A stretch of DNA of 64,000 nt from Eubacteriales bacterium (GTDB taxonomy: Bacteria; Bacillota; Clostridia; Christensenellales; UBA1750): the NCBI GenBank assembly GCA_031551255.1, contig JAVBNW010000068.1:1428-65427 (forward strand), read 5' to 3'. The notes beneath the pieces were generated by a model, which worked only from the letters and a program-made list of their open reading frames with translations, was not told the origin of the DNA and searched no databases. Position numbers and translations under genes: made by a program. How positions within the stretch are numbered: position 1 is the first letter of the stretch; each line of letters begins with the position of its first letter. Below are positions 1 to 8,684 of this stretch, piece by piece.

Positions 1-1365
1 GTGCCTCGCCTCGGCGACGGACGCAAGCAAGCGGCCCACCCCTATGCCGTAGCAGCCCATGGTGGGCGTCTGCTGGCGGGCCTCGGCATCGGTATAAGTC
101 ATGTGCATGGCCTGGGTGTAGCGCGTGCCGAGTTGGAAGATGTTGCCTACCTCGACGCCGCGCCGGATGGCGAGCGGCTCGCCGCACAGGGCGCACGCGT
201 CGCCCTCGTTCACCTTGGCCACATCCACATACGCCGCGGGCCCTACATCGCGCGCAATGCTAATGTTTTTAAGGTGGAAGCCCTCTTTGTTGGCCCCGCC
301 GATCAGGTTCGTCTCACCCTTAAGCGAAGAATCAAAGATCACCTCAACATCTCCGGCATCCAACCCCGCGGGGCCGATAAAGCCAAAGTTCAGGCCGATG
401 CCCTGCGTGTTGACGAGCGGAAACACCTCGGCGCCCACGGCGGCGCGCAGTTTGGCCTCGTTCACCTGCAAGTCCCCGCGCAGGAACACCAGCGCAACGC
501 GCTCGCTGCCTTCCATCGCAAACACCGCCGCCTTAACGAGCTTATCGGCGGAGACGCCGAAAAATTTTGCCAACGCGTCGATATCGGTGACGCCGGGCGT
601 CGCAATTTCCTCCAGGGGCGCCTGCGCGCCCGGGGCCTTCGCAAGCTTTGAAACCGCGGCTTCCATATTCGCCTTGTAGCCGCACTTGTCGCAAATCACG
701 ATCGAATCCTCGCCGCAATCGGCCAGCAGCATGAACTCATGGGCCACCTTGCCGCCCATCATGCCCGAATCCGAGCGCACGGAAACCGTTTCGGGGATGC
801 CCGCGCGCGCGAAAATGCGCTCATAGGCCTTGTGAACCTCTTCGTAATACCGCTCCAAATCCTCCTGCGAGGTGTGGAACGAATAGCCGTCCTTCATCGA
901 AAACTCGCGCACGCGGATAAGGCCGCCGCGCGGGCGGGGCTCGTCGCGGAACTTTGATTGGATCTGATAGATCATAAACGGATAGTCGGTATACGAGCGC
1001 GCCTCGGTGCGCGCAAGGTGCACGATGGCCTCCTCGTGCGTCATCGCAAGCACCATATCGTGATCGTTTCTATCCTTAAAGCGCACCAGCTCCGAGCCCA
1101 CGCTCGCAAACCGGCCGGATTCCTGCCACAGCTCCGCAGGCAGCGCATACGGGGCGAGCACCTCCTGGCCGCCTACGGAATCCATCTCCTCGCGCAGAAT
1201 GCCTTCAATTTTTAGTACCATGCGCCGTGCGGGCGTCAAAAGCGAATAAAGCCCGTTGCCGACATGGCGGATGTATCCGCCGCGCAGCAAAAACACGTGG
1301 CTGTCCAAGGTGGCGTCGGCGGGCTTTTCCTTATAGCGCTCGCCGAAGAGCTTGCTCATCAACAT
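1..1365 (-). CDS. proS: prolyl-tRNA synthetase, N-terminal 455 codons; C-terminus runs off the left edge
   Basis: Own minus-strand translation from ATG at 1365: MLMSKLFGERYKEKPADATLDSHVFLLRGGYIRH...FRDEPRPRGGLIRVREFSMKDGYSFH...GCYGIGVGRLLA (class II aaRS motifs, bacterial ProRS layout). Frame is open to position 1. Absent from the ORF track because no stop lies in the window. The + ORFs 1..651 and 125..679 are its antisense shadows. Confidence 0.85.
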   Translation of the reverse strand, partial: MLMSKLFGERYKEKPADATLDSHVFLLRGGYIRHVGNGLYSLLTPARRMVLKIEGILREEMDSVGGQEVLAPYALPAELWQESGRFASVGSELVRFKDRNDHDMVLAMTHEEAIVHLARTEARSYTDYPFMIYQIQSKFRDEPRPRGGLIRVREFSMKDGYSFHTSQEDLERYYEEVHKAYERIFARAGIPETVSVRSDSGMMGGKVAHEFMLLADCGEDSIVICDKCGYKANMEAAVSKLAKAPGAQAPLEEIATPGVTDIDALAKFFGVSADKLVKAAVFAMEGSERVALVFLRGDLQVNEAKLRAAVGAEVFPLVNTQGIGLNFGFIGPAGLDAGDVEVIFDSSLKGETNLIGGANKEGFHLKNISIARDVGPAAYVDVAKVNEGDACALCGEPLAIRRGVEVGNIFQLGTRYTQAMHMTYTDAEARQQTPTMGCYGIGVGRLLASVAEARH

Positions 1366-1451
1366 GCGAATCCCTACCCCTATCGTAATGCCGTTACGCG
1401 GGCCATTTTACCACAAATGGCCGCTCGTTGCATAGCCTGCGCATTTTGGGC

Positions 1452-1481
1452 GCATAACCTGTTTGTTGCTCAGCATACGAT
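1452..1481 (+). promoter_or_regulatory. sigma-E-type sporulation promoter upstream of spoIID
   Basis: GCATAACC (1452-1459), 14-nt spacer, CATACGAT (1474-1481), 22 nt before the spoIID ATG. Resembles the sigma-E consensus (ATATT-like -35, 14 nt, CATACA-T -10). spoIID is a classical sigma-E gene. Confidence 0.45.
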
Positions 1482-1503
1482 AGCAGGCAAAGGGGGTAGG
1501 CCC

Positions 1504-2631
1504 ATGAGGCGACCGGGGTGGACAAGGCTGGACATCCGCGTTCCCCGCGAACTGCTGGCGGGGGTTGCGGCGCTTATCACGCTTCTATATTTGGCCGGGT
1601 TGCGCGCGCCATCGTCTGCGACCACTCCGAGCGAGTCGTACGCAGCGCCCCCCATCGGGCTTTCGGCGGAAGGCGAGGAGGCAGAGGGCGAACTTACGCC
1701 TCTGTTCGGCGCACCGGAAAGCGCCGAGGTATCGCGCGGCGCCGCCGTGCGGATGCATACGGATGTCGCCATTCACGTATATGACACCGCGAAGAAAAAA
1801 GTGGTGGAAATGGAGCTGGAAAGCTACATCCTGGGCGTTGTGGCGGCCGAAGTGCCCGCCGCCTACAATGCGGAGGCCATCAAGGCGCAAGCCGTCGCCG
1901 CGCGCACCTACGCGCTCAAGAACATCCGCGCGCTGGGAGGCTCGGGCTGTGGCAAGGATAAGCGCGCCGATATCTGCACGTCGCCCGCGCATTGTCAGGC
2001 CTACGCAAGCGAAGAAGACCTACGGAAAAAATGGGGCGGGGATTACGAACTATACTGGGGCAAGATCGTCTCCGCGGTGGCGGCGACGCGCGACGAGGTA
2101 ATCGTCTACGACGGAAAGCCGATCCAGGCGTTTTTCCATGCGGTAAGCGGAGGGCGCACCGAGGATGCTCTGGCGGTGTTCAACATGAACCTGCCCTACC
2201 TCAAATCCGTAGAGAGCCTGGGTGAAGAAGGCGCGCCGCGCTACCGATCCAGCACCACGTTTACCCGCAAGCAGTTGGCGGATAAGCTGAACAAGGCCTA
2301 TCCCAAGGCAAAGCTGAGCGCGGCTCGTTTAGAGGGACAGATCGAAGTCCTAAGCCGGTTTCAAAGCGGGCAGGTAGAGAAGGTGCGCATCGGCTCCACA
2401 TCGGTCTCCGGCAGCGCGTTTCGACAGGCGACCGGCATACCTTCGGCAAACTTTTCGATCGGCTACGACGATAAAAGCGCGGTGATCTACACCAAGGGCT
2501 ATGGGCACGGCGTGGGCATGAGCCAGGCGGGCGCCAACGCGATGGCTGCGGCGGGCACCGGGTACAAGGAAATCCTTGCGCACTATTATGCGGATACGCA
2601 GATCGAGCTGATCGGGGATCTGGTACGATAA
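1504..2631 (+). CDS. spoIID: stage II sporulation protein D (SpoIID/LytB lytic transglycosylase)
   Basis: Track ORF 1264..2631, started here at ATG 1504 behind AAAGGGGGTAGG. N-terminal membrane anchor LLAGVAALITLLYLAGL, then VVAAEVPAAYNAEAIKAQAVAARTYAL, CTSPAHCQAY, FHAVSGGRTE, GHGVGMSQ. Confidence 0.85.
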   Translation: MRRPGWTRLDIRVPRELLAGVAALITLLYLAGLRAPSSATTPSESYAAPPIGLSAEGEEAEGELTPLFGAPESAEVSRGAAVRMHTDVAIHVYDTAKKKVVEMELESYILGVVAAEVPAAYNAEAIKAQAVAARTYALKNIRALGGSGCGKDKRADICTSPAHCQAYASEEDLRKKWGGDYELYWGKIVSAVAATRDEVIVYDGKPIQAFFHAVSGGRTEDALAVFNMNLPYLKSVESLGEEGAPRYRSSTTFTRKQLADKLNKAYPKAKLSAARLEGQIEVLSRFQSGQVEKVRIGSTSVSGSAFRQATGIPSANFSIGYDDKSAVIYTKGYGHGVGMSQAGANAMAAAGTGYKEILAHYYADTQIELIGDLVR

Positions 2632-2736
2632 AAAACGAAGGGGGCACGATGGCATAGGGCCCCGGCCGCTTCCCAAGCAGCGCAAAAACGCATATAATCG
2701 GCGCTAAGAATGTCTACACGAAACGGAGATGACGAA

Positions 2737-3321
2737 ATGGCGACCGAACATGCGGAGAGCACATTTTGTGCGATCGAAACGCAACGGCTGTTGCTTCGGG
2801 ACATGCGCGCATCCGACGCCGACGATCTTTACGAATACGCATCCGACGAGGAAACCGCGCGGTATATGATGTGGCCAACCTATACGAACAAGCGACAGGC
2901 TGAGCAATATACCGCCTCGCTAGCAGCCCAATATGGGAGCGATGCGTTGCCGTATTGGGCGATCGAATGGAAGGAGAGCGGCAAGATGATTGGCGGAATC
3001 AGCCTTGCGGATTACGACGCCGCCAACCTGTCCATCTCGTTCGGATATACGATCAACAGGGCGTTCTGGAACCGGGGCATCACCACGGAGGCGCTCGGGG
3101 TCGTAATCGACTTTGCGTTTTCTAAATTCGATATCGAGAGAATCGAAAGCCGCCATGTAAAGGAGAATGCCGCGTCGGGAAGGGTCATGTTAAAGTGCGG
3201 CCTACAATTTGAGGGAATCTTGCGGAAAAAGAGAATGCAAAAGGGCGAGCTGGTCGACCTTGCGTTTTACTCCATTTTGCGCGAGGAATGGGCGGCGGCA
3301 AAGCAGGCGGACGCCGTCTAG
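2737..3321 (+). CDS. GNAT N-acetyltransferase (RimJ/RimL-like)
   Basis: ETQRLLLRDMRASDADDLYEYASDEE...WAIEWKESGKMIGGISL...NRGITTEALG is typical of Acetyltransf_3. Start moved to ATG 2737 (GGAGA RBS 8 nt upstream) from the track start 2710. Confidence 0.75.
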   Translation: MATEHAESTFCAIETQRLLLRDMRASDADDLYEYASDEETARYMMWPTYTNKRQAEQYTASLAAQYGSDALPYWAIEWKESGKMIGGISLADYDAANLSISFGYTINRAFWNRGITTEALGVVIDFAFSKFDIERIESRHVKENAASGRVMLKCGLQFEGILRKKRMQKGELVDLAFYSILREEWAAAKQADAV

Positions 3322-3539
3322 GCAAGTATTGAATGAAGGCCGACGGAAGCCTTCGGCGATCAAAGGGCATGATGCCCTTTGGAATCCCCATCCCGAGAAT
3401 GCCTGCGCACAGACATTTGGGGGGGAAGTTCTTGCCCAGCTTCCTTCAAGAAGCTAGGCGCCGGAGGCCTTTGTCAGCCTTATCCTTTTATTCAGCGGTC
3501 GCCCAGCACCGCCAAGGGGAAAAAGCCGCTTACTCCGCC

Positions 3540-3568
3540 TTGACCGGCTCTCGTTCCACCCGTATAAT
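3540..3568 (+). promoter_or_regulatory. near-consensus sigma-70 promoter placed for a leaderless mRNA
   Basis: TTGACC (3540-3545), 17 nt, TATAAT (3563-3568). Only AGAAAG (6 nt) separates the -10 from ATG 3575, and there is no Shine-Dalgarno. Confidence 0.5.
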
Positions 3569-3574
3569 AGAAAG

Positions 3575-4879
3575 ATGAGCAAATTGGGCACACGCGCGCA
3601 TAGGGTCGCGTCGGTCGCGCCGCGCTCCCCAGCAAAGCGGCTTGGGGTACGCGCGGGCGACGTTCTTGTGGCGATGCAAGGCGAGCCGGTGATCGACGAG
3701 ATCGACTATCAGTTTTTTTCCGCGTCGGAAACGGTAGCGCTTGCCCTCGAACGGAACGGCGAAACCATCGCAATCCGCGGCAAAAAGGCCGAATGGGAGC
3801 CGCTTGGCATCGCATTCGACGCGCCGCTTACGGGCGCAACTCGCACCTGCGCAAACCGGTGCGTATTTTGTTTTGTCGATCAAATGCCTGCGGGCCTTCG
3901 CGAAACGCTGTATGTAAAGGATGACGATTGGCGGCTTTCGCTGCGCAGCGGGCACTACATCACGCTTACCAACATCGGCGATAGAGAATTTGCGCGCATG
4001 CTCGCGCGCCGGGCGAGCCCTTTGTACATCAGCGTACACGCCACCGATCCCGCCGCCCGCAGCCGCCTGCTCGGTCACCCCCGCGCAGACATCCTGCCCA
4101 GGCTTGCGATGCTTAAGGAGGCAGGGCTAAAATTTCACGCGCAAATCGTCGTGTGTCCCGGCTACAACGACGAAGGGATACTTACGCAAACCCTTGGCGA
4201 CCTTATGGCTCTCCACCCGGCGGCGCAATCGGTTGCGCTGGTTCCCGTAGGCCTTACGAAATATCGCGAGAGGCTTGCGCCGATCGCATCGTTTGATAAG
4301 ACATCGGCCGCGGCGCTGATTGAGCGGGCGGAGCAGTGGCAGCGACAATGCCTGCACGAGCTGGGCACGCGCTTTGTGTTTGCGGCGGACGAGCTATATT
4401 GCCTGGCTGAGCGCGAGCTTCCGCCCGACGATGCGTACGAACACTACCCCCAAATCGAAAACGGCGTAGGTCTGCTGCGCACGCTCGAGCAGGAATATCT
4501 CTATGCCCGGCAAGACATGCCGCCCGCTCGGCCGCGCAGCGTGCTCATCGCGTGCGGCGTATCCCCTGCAAACTTCCTTGGCGATATGATCGCGCGGCAC
4601 CCCGTTCCCGGCGTGCAGGTCGAAGTTCTGCCGGTGGTCAACCGCTTCTTTGGGGAAACGGTGACGGTTACGGGCCTGCTCACGGGCCGGGATGTCGCTG
4701 ATGCGCTGCGCGGGAGACGCGCGGATGAAGTGCTTATATGCTCATCCATGCTGCGCTCGGCGGACGAGCCCGTGTTTTTAGATGACATGACCCTGGACGC
4801 ATTGCGAGAGGACACCGGCCTTGCCGTCCGCCCCGTGGGATGCGACGGCTCGGATCTTCTGTGCGCGCTCGCCGGTTAA
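3575..4879 (+). CDS. DUF512 / PDZ-domain radical-SAM-like protein
   Basis: N-terminal PDZ-like SPAKRLGVRAGDVLVAMQGEPV, then CANRCVFCFVDQMP cysteine cluster and SVHATDP. Lies directly upstream of der, as this family does in Clostridia. Confidence 0.7.
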   Translation: MSKLGTRAHRVASVAPRSPAKRLGVRAGDVLVAMQGEPVIDEIDYQFFSASETVALALERNGETIAIRGKKAEWEPLGIAFDAPLTGATRTCANRCVFCFVDQMPAGLRETLYVKDDDWRLSLRSGHYITLTNIGDREFARMLARRASPLYISVHATDPAARSRLLGHPRADILPRLAMLKEAGLKFHAQIVVCPGYNDEGILTQTLGDLMALHPAAQSVALVPVGLTKYRERLAPIASFDKTSAAALIERAEQWQRQCLHELGTRFVFAADELYCLAERELPPDDAYEHYPQIENGVGLLRTLEQEYLYARQDMPPARPRSVLIACGVSPANFLGDMIARHPVPGVQVEVLPVVNRFFGETVTVTGLLTGRDVADALRGRRADEVLICSSMLRSADEPVFLDDMTLDALREDTGLAVRPVGCDGSDLLCALAG

Positions 4880-4882
4880 GTT

Positions 4883-5064
4883 TTAGGGCGTGTCCCTAAA
4901 GTCACCGCGATGCAGATTGTGGTCGGTTTTTCGGCGGATCAAAGAGTTTCGTCGGTTTTCTTCGGCAGGGGGCTCGCAGGTGGTATGCGTACCCGCCCGC
5001 GAGGCGCAAAGCGCCGACAAGATGCCGCAAGATGCGCGCGCAGGAGTTTAGGGACACGCCTTAG
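4883..5064. repeat. 18-nt inverted repeats bracketing a 146-nt GC-rich intergenic segment
   Basis: TTAGGGCGTGTCCCTAAA (4883-4900) versus reverse complement of TTTAGGGACACGCCTTAG (5047-5064): 16/18 match, 14 contiguous. The left copy is itself a TTTAGGG/CCCTAAA hairpin just after the DUF512 stop. Confidence 0.6.
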
Positions 5065-5080
5065 TCTAAAGGAGGAACCT

Positions 5081-6409
5081 ATGAAACCATTGGTAGCCAT
5101 CGTCGGCCGCCCGAACGTGGGCAAGTCGACCTTCTTTAACAAAATGATCGGCGCAAAGGTGTCCATCGTGGACGACCAGCCCGGCGTGACGCGCGACAGG
5201 GTGTATGGCGACTGCGAGTGGCAGCGCTATCACTTTACGTTGATCGACACCGGAGGAATCGACGTCGCCAGCGAAGACCCTTTATTTCAACAAATGCGAA
5301 GGCAAGCGGGCATCGCGATCGAAACCGCCGACGCCATCTTGTTTTTCGTGGATGGGCGCGAGGGCGAAACCGCCGCCGACCGCGAAGTGGCCGATCTTCT
5401 CAGACGCTCGGGCAAGCCTACGCTGCTGGTGGTGAACAAGATCGACAGCAAGGCGCTGGAAGGCGAGGCGACGGACTTTTACTCGCTGGGCATGGGAACC
5501 CCCATGGCGATTTCCGCGGTCAACCTGCTGGGGGTAGGCGATCTTCTCGAAGAACTGTGCGCGCTGCTTCCCGACCCGGATGCGCCCGAGGACGACCCGG
5601 ATCGCATGAAGGTTGCGGTGGTGGGCCGCCCCAACGTGGGCAAATCTTCGCTGGTGAACCGGCTACTGGGCGAGGAAAGGGTGATGGTATCCGATATCGC
5701 GGGCACCACGCGGGATGCAATCGACACGCAGTTTCAAGATGAGGAAGGCCGCCCCTATACCATCATCGACACGGCGGGAATCCGCCGCAAGGCGAGGATT
5801 GACGACGGAACCTTGGAACGCTACAGCGTCATCCGCGCGCTGGCGGCCATACGCCGCTGCGACATCGCGCTGATGATGATCGACGCTCAGGACGGCGTCA
5901 CCGAGCAGGACCAGCGCATCGCGGGTTATGTACAGGACGAGGGCAAGGCCTGCATCATCCTGGTGAATAAATGGGATTTGCCCGAAAAGGAAACCGGCAC
6001 GCTGGAAAAGTATGCTCTCAAGGTGCGGGGAGATCTTAAGTTTCTTGCCTACGCGCCGCTTTTGTTCATTTCGGCGCTCACCGGCCAGCGAGCGCACCGC
6101 ATATTGCCCGAGGTGGCGCGGGTAATGCAGAACGCCACGCGGCGCCTTACCACAGGCGTGCTCAACGACGCGCTGCGCGACGCGATGGCCATCAACCCGC
6201 CACCCACCGACCGGGGCCGCAGGCTGCGCATCTACTACACCACGCAGCAGGGCGTCAAGCCGCCCTCGTTTCTGCTCTTTACAAACAACCCCGAGCTCAT
6301 GTATCCTCCTTATGAGCGCTACCTCGAAAACCACTTCCGCAAGACGTTTGATTTAGAGGGTACGCCCATTCGGTTCTTCTTGCGTGCGCGAGACGAAAAG
6401 GAGGCCTGA
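5081..6409 (+). CDS. der: ribosome-biogenesis GTPase Der (EngA), double G-domain
   Basis: ATG 5081 behind GGAGG. Two P-loops (GRPNVGKST, GRPNVGKSS), DTGG/DTAG, NKID/NKWD and a KH-like C-terminus. Confidence 0.95.
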   Translation: MKPLVAIVGRPNVGKSTFFNKMIGAKVSIVDDQPGVTRDRVYGDCEWQRYHFTLIDTGGIDVASEDPLFQQMRRQAGIAIETADAILFFVDGREGETAADREVADLLRRSGKPTLLVVNKIDSKALEGEATDFYSLGMGTPMAISAVNLLGVGDLLEELCALLPDPDAPEDDPDRMKVAVVGRPNVGKSSLVNRLLGEERVMVSDIAGTTRDAIDTQFQDEEGRPYTIIDTAGIRRKARIDDGTLERYSVIRALAAIRRCDIALMMIDAQDGVTEQDQRIAGYVQDEGKACIILVNKWDLPEKETGTLEKYALKVRGDLKFLAYAPLLFISALTGQRAHRILPEVARVMQNATRRLTTGVLNDALRDAMAINPPPTDRGRRLRIYYTTQQGVKPPSFLLFTNNPELMYPPYERYLENHFRKTFDLEGTPIRFFLRARDEKEA

Positions 6410-6411
6410 CC

Positions 6412-7050
6412 GTGGCGTCGGTGGAGATTCTCAAATGGGTTTTTGTCGGGCTTGCGGGCTATTTTCTGGGCAACTTCCACACCGGCATCCTCATTTCCAA
6501 GGCGATTGCGCACCAGGATGTGCGCAGCCAGGGTTCGGGCAACGCGGGCACTACCAACATGTTCCGCATGCTAGGCATGAAGGCGAGCCTGCTTACGCTG
6601 GTGGGCGATATGCTCAAGGCGGTTTTGGCAAGCCTTATCGGCCTTTGGCTGCTGGGCGAATACGGTGCACTGCTGGGCGGCGCGCTGTGCACCGCCGGGC
6701 ACAACTGGCCGGTGCTCCTTAAGTTTAAGGGCGGCAAGGGCATCGCGTGCACTGCGGGCACGCTGCTGGTTACCGAGCCGATCGTGGCGCTAATCCTTTT
6801 GCCGCTTTCGCTGGTGGCGATCCGCATCATCGGCATCGTCTCGGTGGTGTCCATAGGCGCGGTCAGCATAGCGCTTGCGATGACGTTTGTGATGAAATGG
6901 GGCAACTGGCCGTACATCGTCTATATTGTAGCGCTGTGGGCCATGGCGATCTTTTCGCACCGCGCCAACATCAAGCGTTTGATTGCCGGAACTGAAAAGA
7001 ACAACCGCCTGAATTTCAGCAAAGAGAAGAGTGAAAAAAGGGGCGCCTGA
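6412..7050 (+). CDS. plsY: glycerol-3-phosphate acyltransferase PlsY
   Basis: GTG start behind AAGGAGG. GSGNAGTTN, GHNWPVLLKFKGGKG and a multi-pass hydrophobic profile. Confidence 0.9.
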   Translation: MASVEILKWVFVGLAGYFLGNFHTGILISKAIAHQDVRSQGSGNAGTTNMFRMLGMKASLLTLVGDMLKAVLASLIGLWLLGEYGALLGGALCTAGHNWPVLLKFKGGKGIACTAGTLLVTEPIVALILLPLSLVAIRIIGIVSVVSIGAVSIALAMTFVMKWGNWPYIVYIVALWAMAIFSHRANIKRLIAGTEKNNRLNFSKEKSEKRGA

Positions 7051-7431
7051 TAAACGGCGCGGGTGGTGGTGGTACGCACCCCCCGTAGGCCTTCCGCCGG
7101 GGAAACACGACGAGGAGCACACGACGCCCGGTTAGCAAAAACGCAAGGAAGCTAAAATTGCTTGTTACGAGGCGATTCTAGTCGCCCACTTCGCCGCACA
7201 TTCTTACAGTTCGCGAATACCGCCGCTATCGCCGGTCGCTCACGGGCCTTAAGCGTGCTGGTTTGTGCCTCCGGCACACACGGCTCCGGCCACTGGCGGG
7301 CGATTTCATTTGGAGGGCTTGACCCCTCGGGTTACAATGGTCGCCTTGCGGCGCCGCGCTTGCGACGCCCCCTTGTTCACTGGCCCTCAAAACCTCCTAA
7401 AGAACGCAAGCTGCCGAGGTTTTTGATAGAC

Positions 7432-7595
7432 TATAGTCGGCCAACTTCAAAAACGGGGCAGGCGAGCGAGAGATTTTTTCGCAGGGTAAGGAGGCGTAAG
7501 GAAGCGTAGCCGGCAGCTACGCTGACTGGAGCTCGCCGCTGCCATGCGCAAAAAGATCTGCTCGAATGCTCTACTTTTGGGGTTGGTCGACTATA
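7432..7595. repeat. 164-nt inverted-repeat-closed element with a perfect internal hairpin (MITE-like or small structured RNA)
   Basis: TATAGTCGGCCAACTTCAAAA (7432-7452) pairs with TTTTGGGGTTGGTCGACTATA (7575-7595), 18/21. Internal perfect hairpin GCGTAGC-CGGCA-GCTACGC (7504-7522). Confidence 0.5.
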
Positions 7596-7614
7596 AAACG
7601 CCTGGTTGTATAGC

Positions 7615-7650
7615 AAAGAAGGAAGGTGCGCTTAGCCCCTTCCTTTTGCT
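7615..7650. terminator. hairpin terminator between plsY region and the convergent GNAT operon
   Basis: AAGGAAGG (7619-7626) / CCTTCCTT (7638-7645) stem with short T-rich runs on both strands. Confidence 0.45.
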
Positions 7651-7702
7651 TTAACTCGTCTTCACACGACCCGGACGTCGGCATCCCATGTGAACATCTG
7701 AG

Positions 7703-8173
7703 CTAACGCCTGCGCTTCTCCATGAAAAACGCACAATCGTCGTCTTTCACATAGCCGCATGCTTCGTAAAGCCCTATGGCGCTGTCGTTGCCAATGCCCA
7801 CATACAGCCGCGTGCCCAAGGCGGAAAAATCTTCCGCCAGCGCATCCGCCTTTTCCATCAGCGACCTGGCGATGCCCCTTCCGCGGCAAGAGGGATGAAC
7901 CCACAGCTCGTCGACAAACATGTAGCCCTTTCCGTTGGTCCTCCCCACCTTGGGAAGATAAGCAATGGAGATCCACCCCACAAACCTTTCTTCGACTTGC
8001 GCGGCATACACAAACAGGTTGGGGTTTTTCAGGGTTTCGTAGACCGGGGCATAATCGCACTGCATGCGATCCTCTTCGGTCTGCTCGCGCCCATGGACTC
8101 TATGAAACACCATGGCGTCAAACTTTTCATAGTTGGATCTTAGCACCCTGACGATTGCATATTCGCCGTTCAT
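7703..8173 (-). CDS. GNAT family N-acetyltransferase
   Basis: FVDELWVHPSCRGRGIARSLMEKA (motif A R/Q-x-x-G-x-G/A). Start taken at MNGEY (8173), overlapping the upstream stop. Confidence 0.75.
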   Translation of the reverse strand: MNGEYAIVRVLRSNYEKFDAMVFHRVHGREQTEEDRMQCDYAPVYETLKNPNLFVYAAQVEERFVGWISIAYLPKVGRTNGKGYMFVDELWVHPSCRGRGIARSLMEKADALAEDFSALGTRLYVGIGNDSAIGLYEACGYVKDDDCAFFMEKRRR

Positions 8174-8670
8174 AGCCGCTCCTCGCGCGCAACGCGCCAT
8201 ATTTCTTCCGCCGTATCTTCGATGGACCGGTGCGTCGTATCGATCACATGTGCGCGCAGTGCGCGGTATTTCGCCATGTCGTCCGGATGCTCTATCTTGC
8301 CCTCGCTCCTATTCCCCGCCCTGAGGCGGTTTACATGCTCTTGTTCTTCGCATACAAGGGCAATTTTCACCAATTCATAGTTTGCGCAGGAGATTTGCTC
8401 CGTTACCAAATCAAACATAAAGTCTCCGTTCATAAGCCAGCTAAAGAGGATGATTTCGGTGTTTTCATCTTGCAGATAGCCGTCTAAAATATAGCCGAAC
8501 GCTTTTTCCGCATATCGCTTCTGCCGCTCCGTCTTGCCTGGATAGGGGTTTACCATCCAGCACCAATCCCCATCCAGCCACGCGCAGCCCTTGAGCGCAT
8601 GAAACAAGTGCGAACATGCGGCTGTTTTTCCAACGCCGGCAGGCCCAGCCACCATCACGAGCTTTTTCAT
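8170..8670 (-). CDS. P-loop NTPase / small-molecule kinase-like protein
   Basis: MKKLVMVAGPAGVGKTA Walker A at the N-terminus, about 166 aa. Sits between the nitrilase-like and GNAT genes in one operon. Confidence 0.6.
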   Translation of the reverse strand: MKKLVMVAGPAGVGKTAACSHLFHALKGCAWLDGDWCWMVNPYPGKTERQKRYAEKAFGYILDGYLQDENTEIILFSWLMNGDFMFDLVTEQISCANYELVKIALVCEEQEHVNRLRAGNRSEGKIEHPDDMAKYRALRAHVIDTTHRSIEDTAEEIWRVAREERL

Positions 8671-8684
8671 CCAAGCCTCCAAGT

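Noticed and set aside
1-679. Plus-strand ORFs 1..651 and 125..679 (216 and 184 aa)
   Set aside because: Arg/Ala/His/Gly-rich, no RBS, and they lie exactly antisense to a continuous, motif-bearing ProRS frame. These are typical GC-rich shadow ORFs.
1366-1503. T-box leader upstream of proS
   Set aside because: Only about 138 nt are available before spoIID. There is no GGTGGTACCGCG-type T-box sequence or specifier architecture. An extended -10 (TGGTAAAAT) gives a short leader instead.
7051-7431. Degraded gpsA pseudogene after plsY
   Set aside because: I found no frame with a GxGxxG NAD-binding or other GpsA-like peptide. All frames are stop-ridden or compositionally junk.
7432-7595. 6S RNA
   Set aside because: The length (about 164 nt) and closed ends are suggestive. 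However, the internal pairing is strongly asymmetric and partly non-nested rather than a long irregular duplex with a central bubble, and I could not find a convincing promoter. It stays as an unclassified element in the findings.
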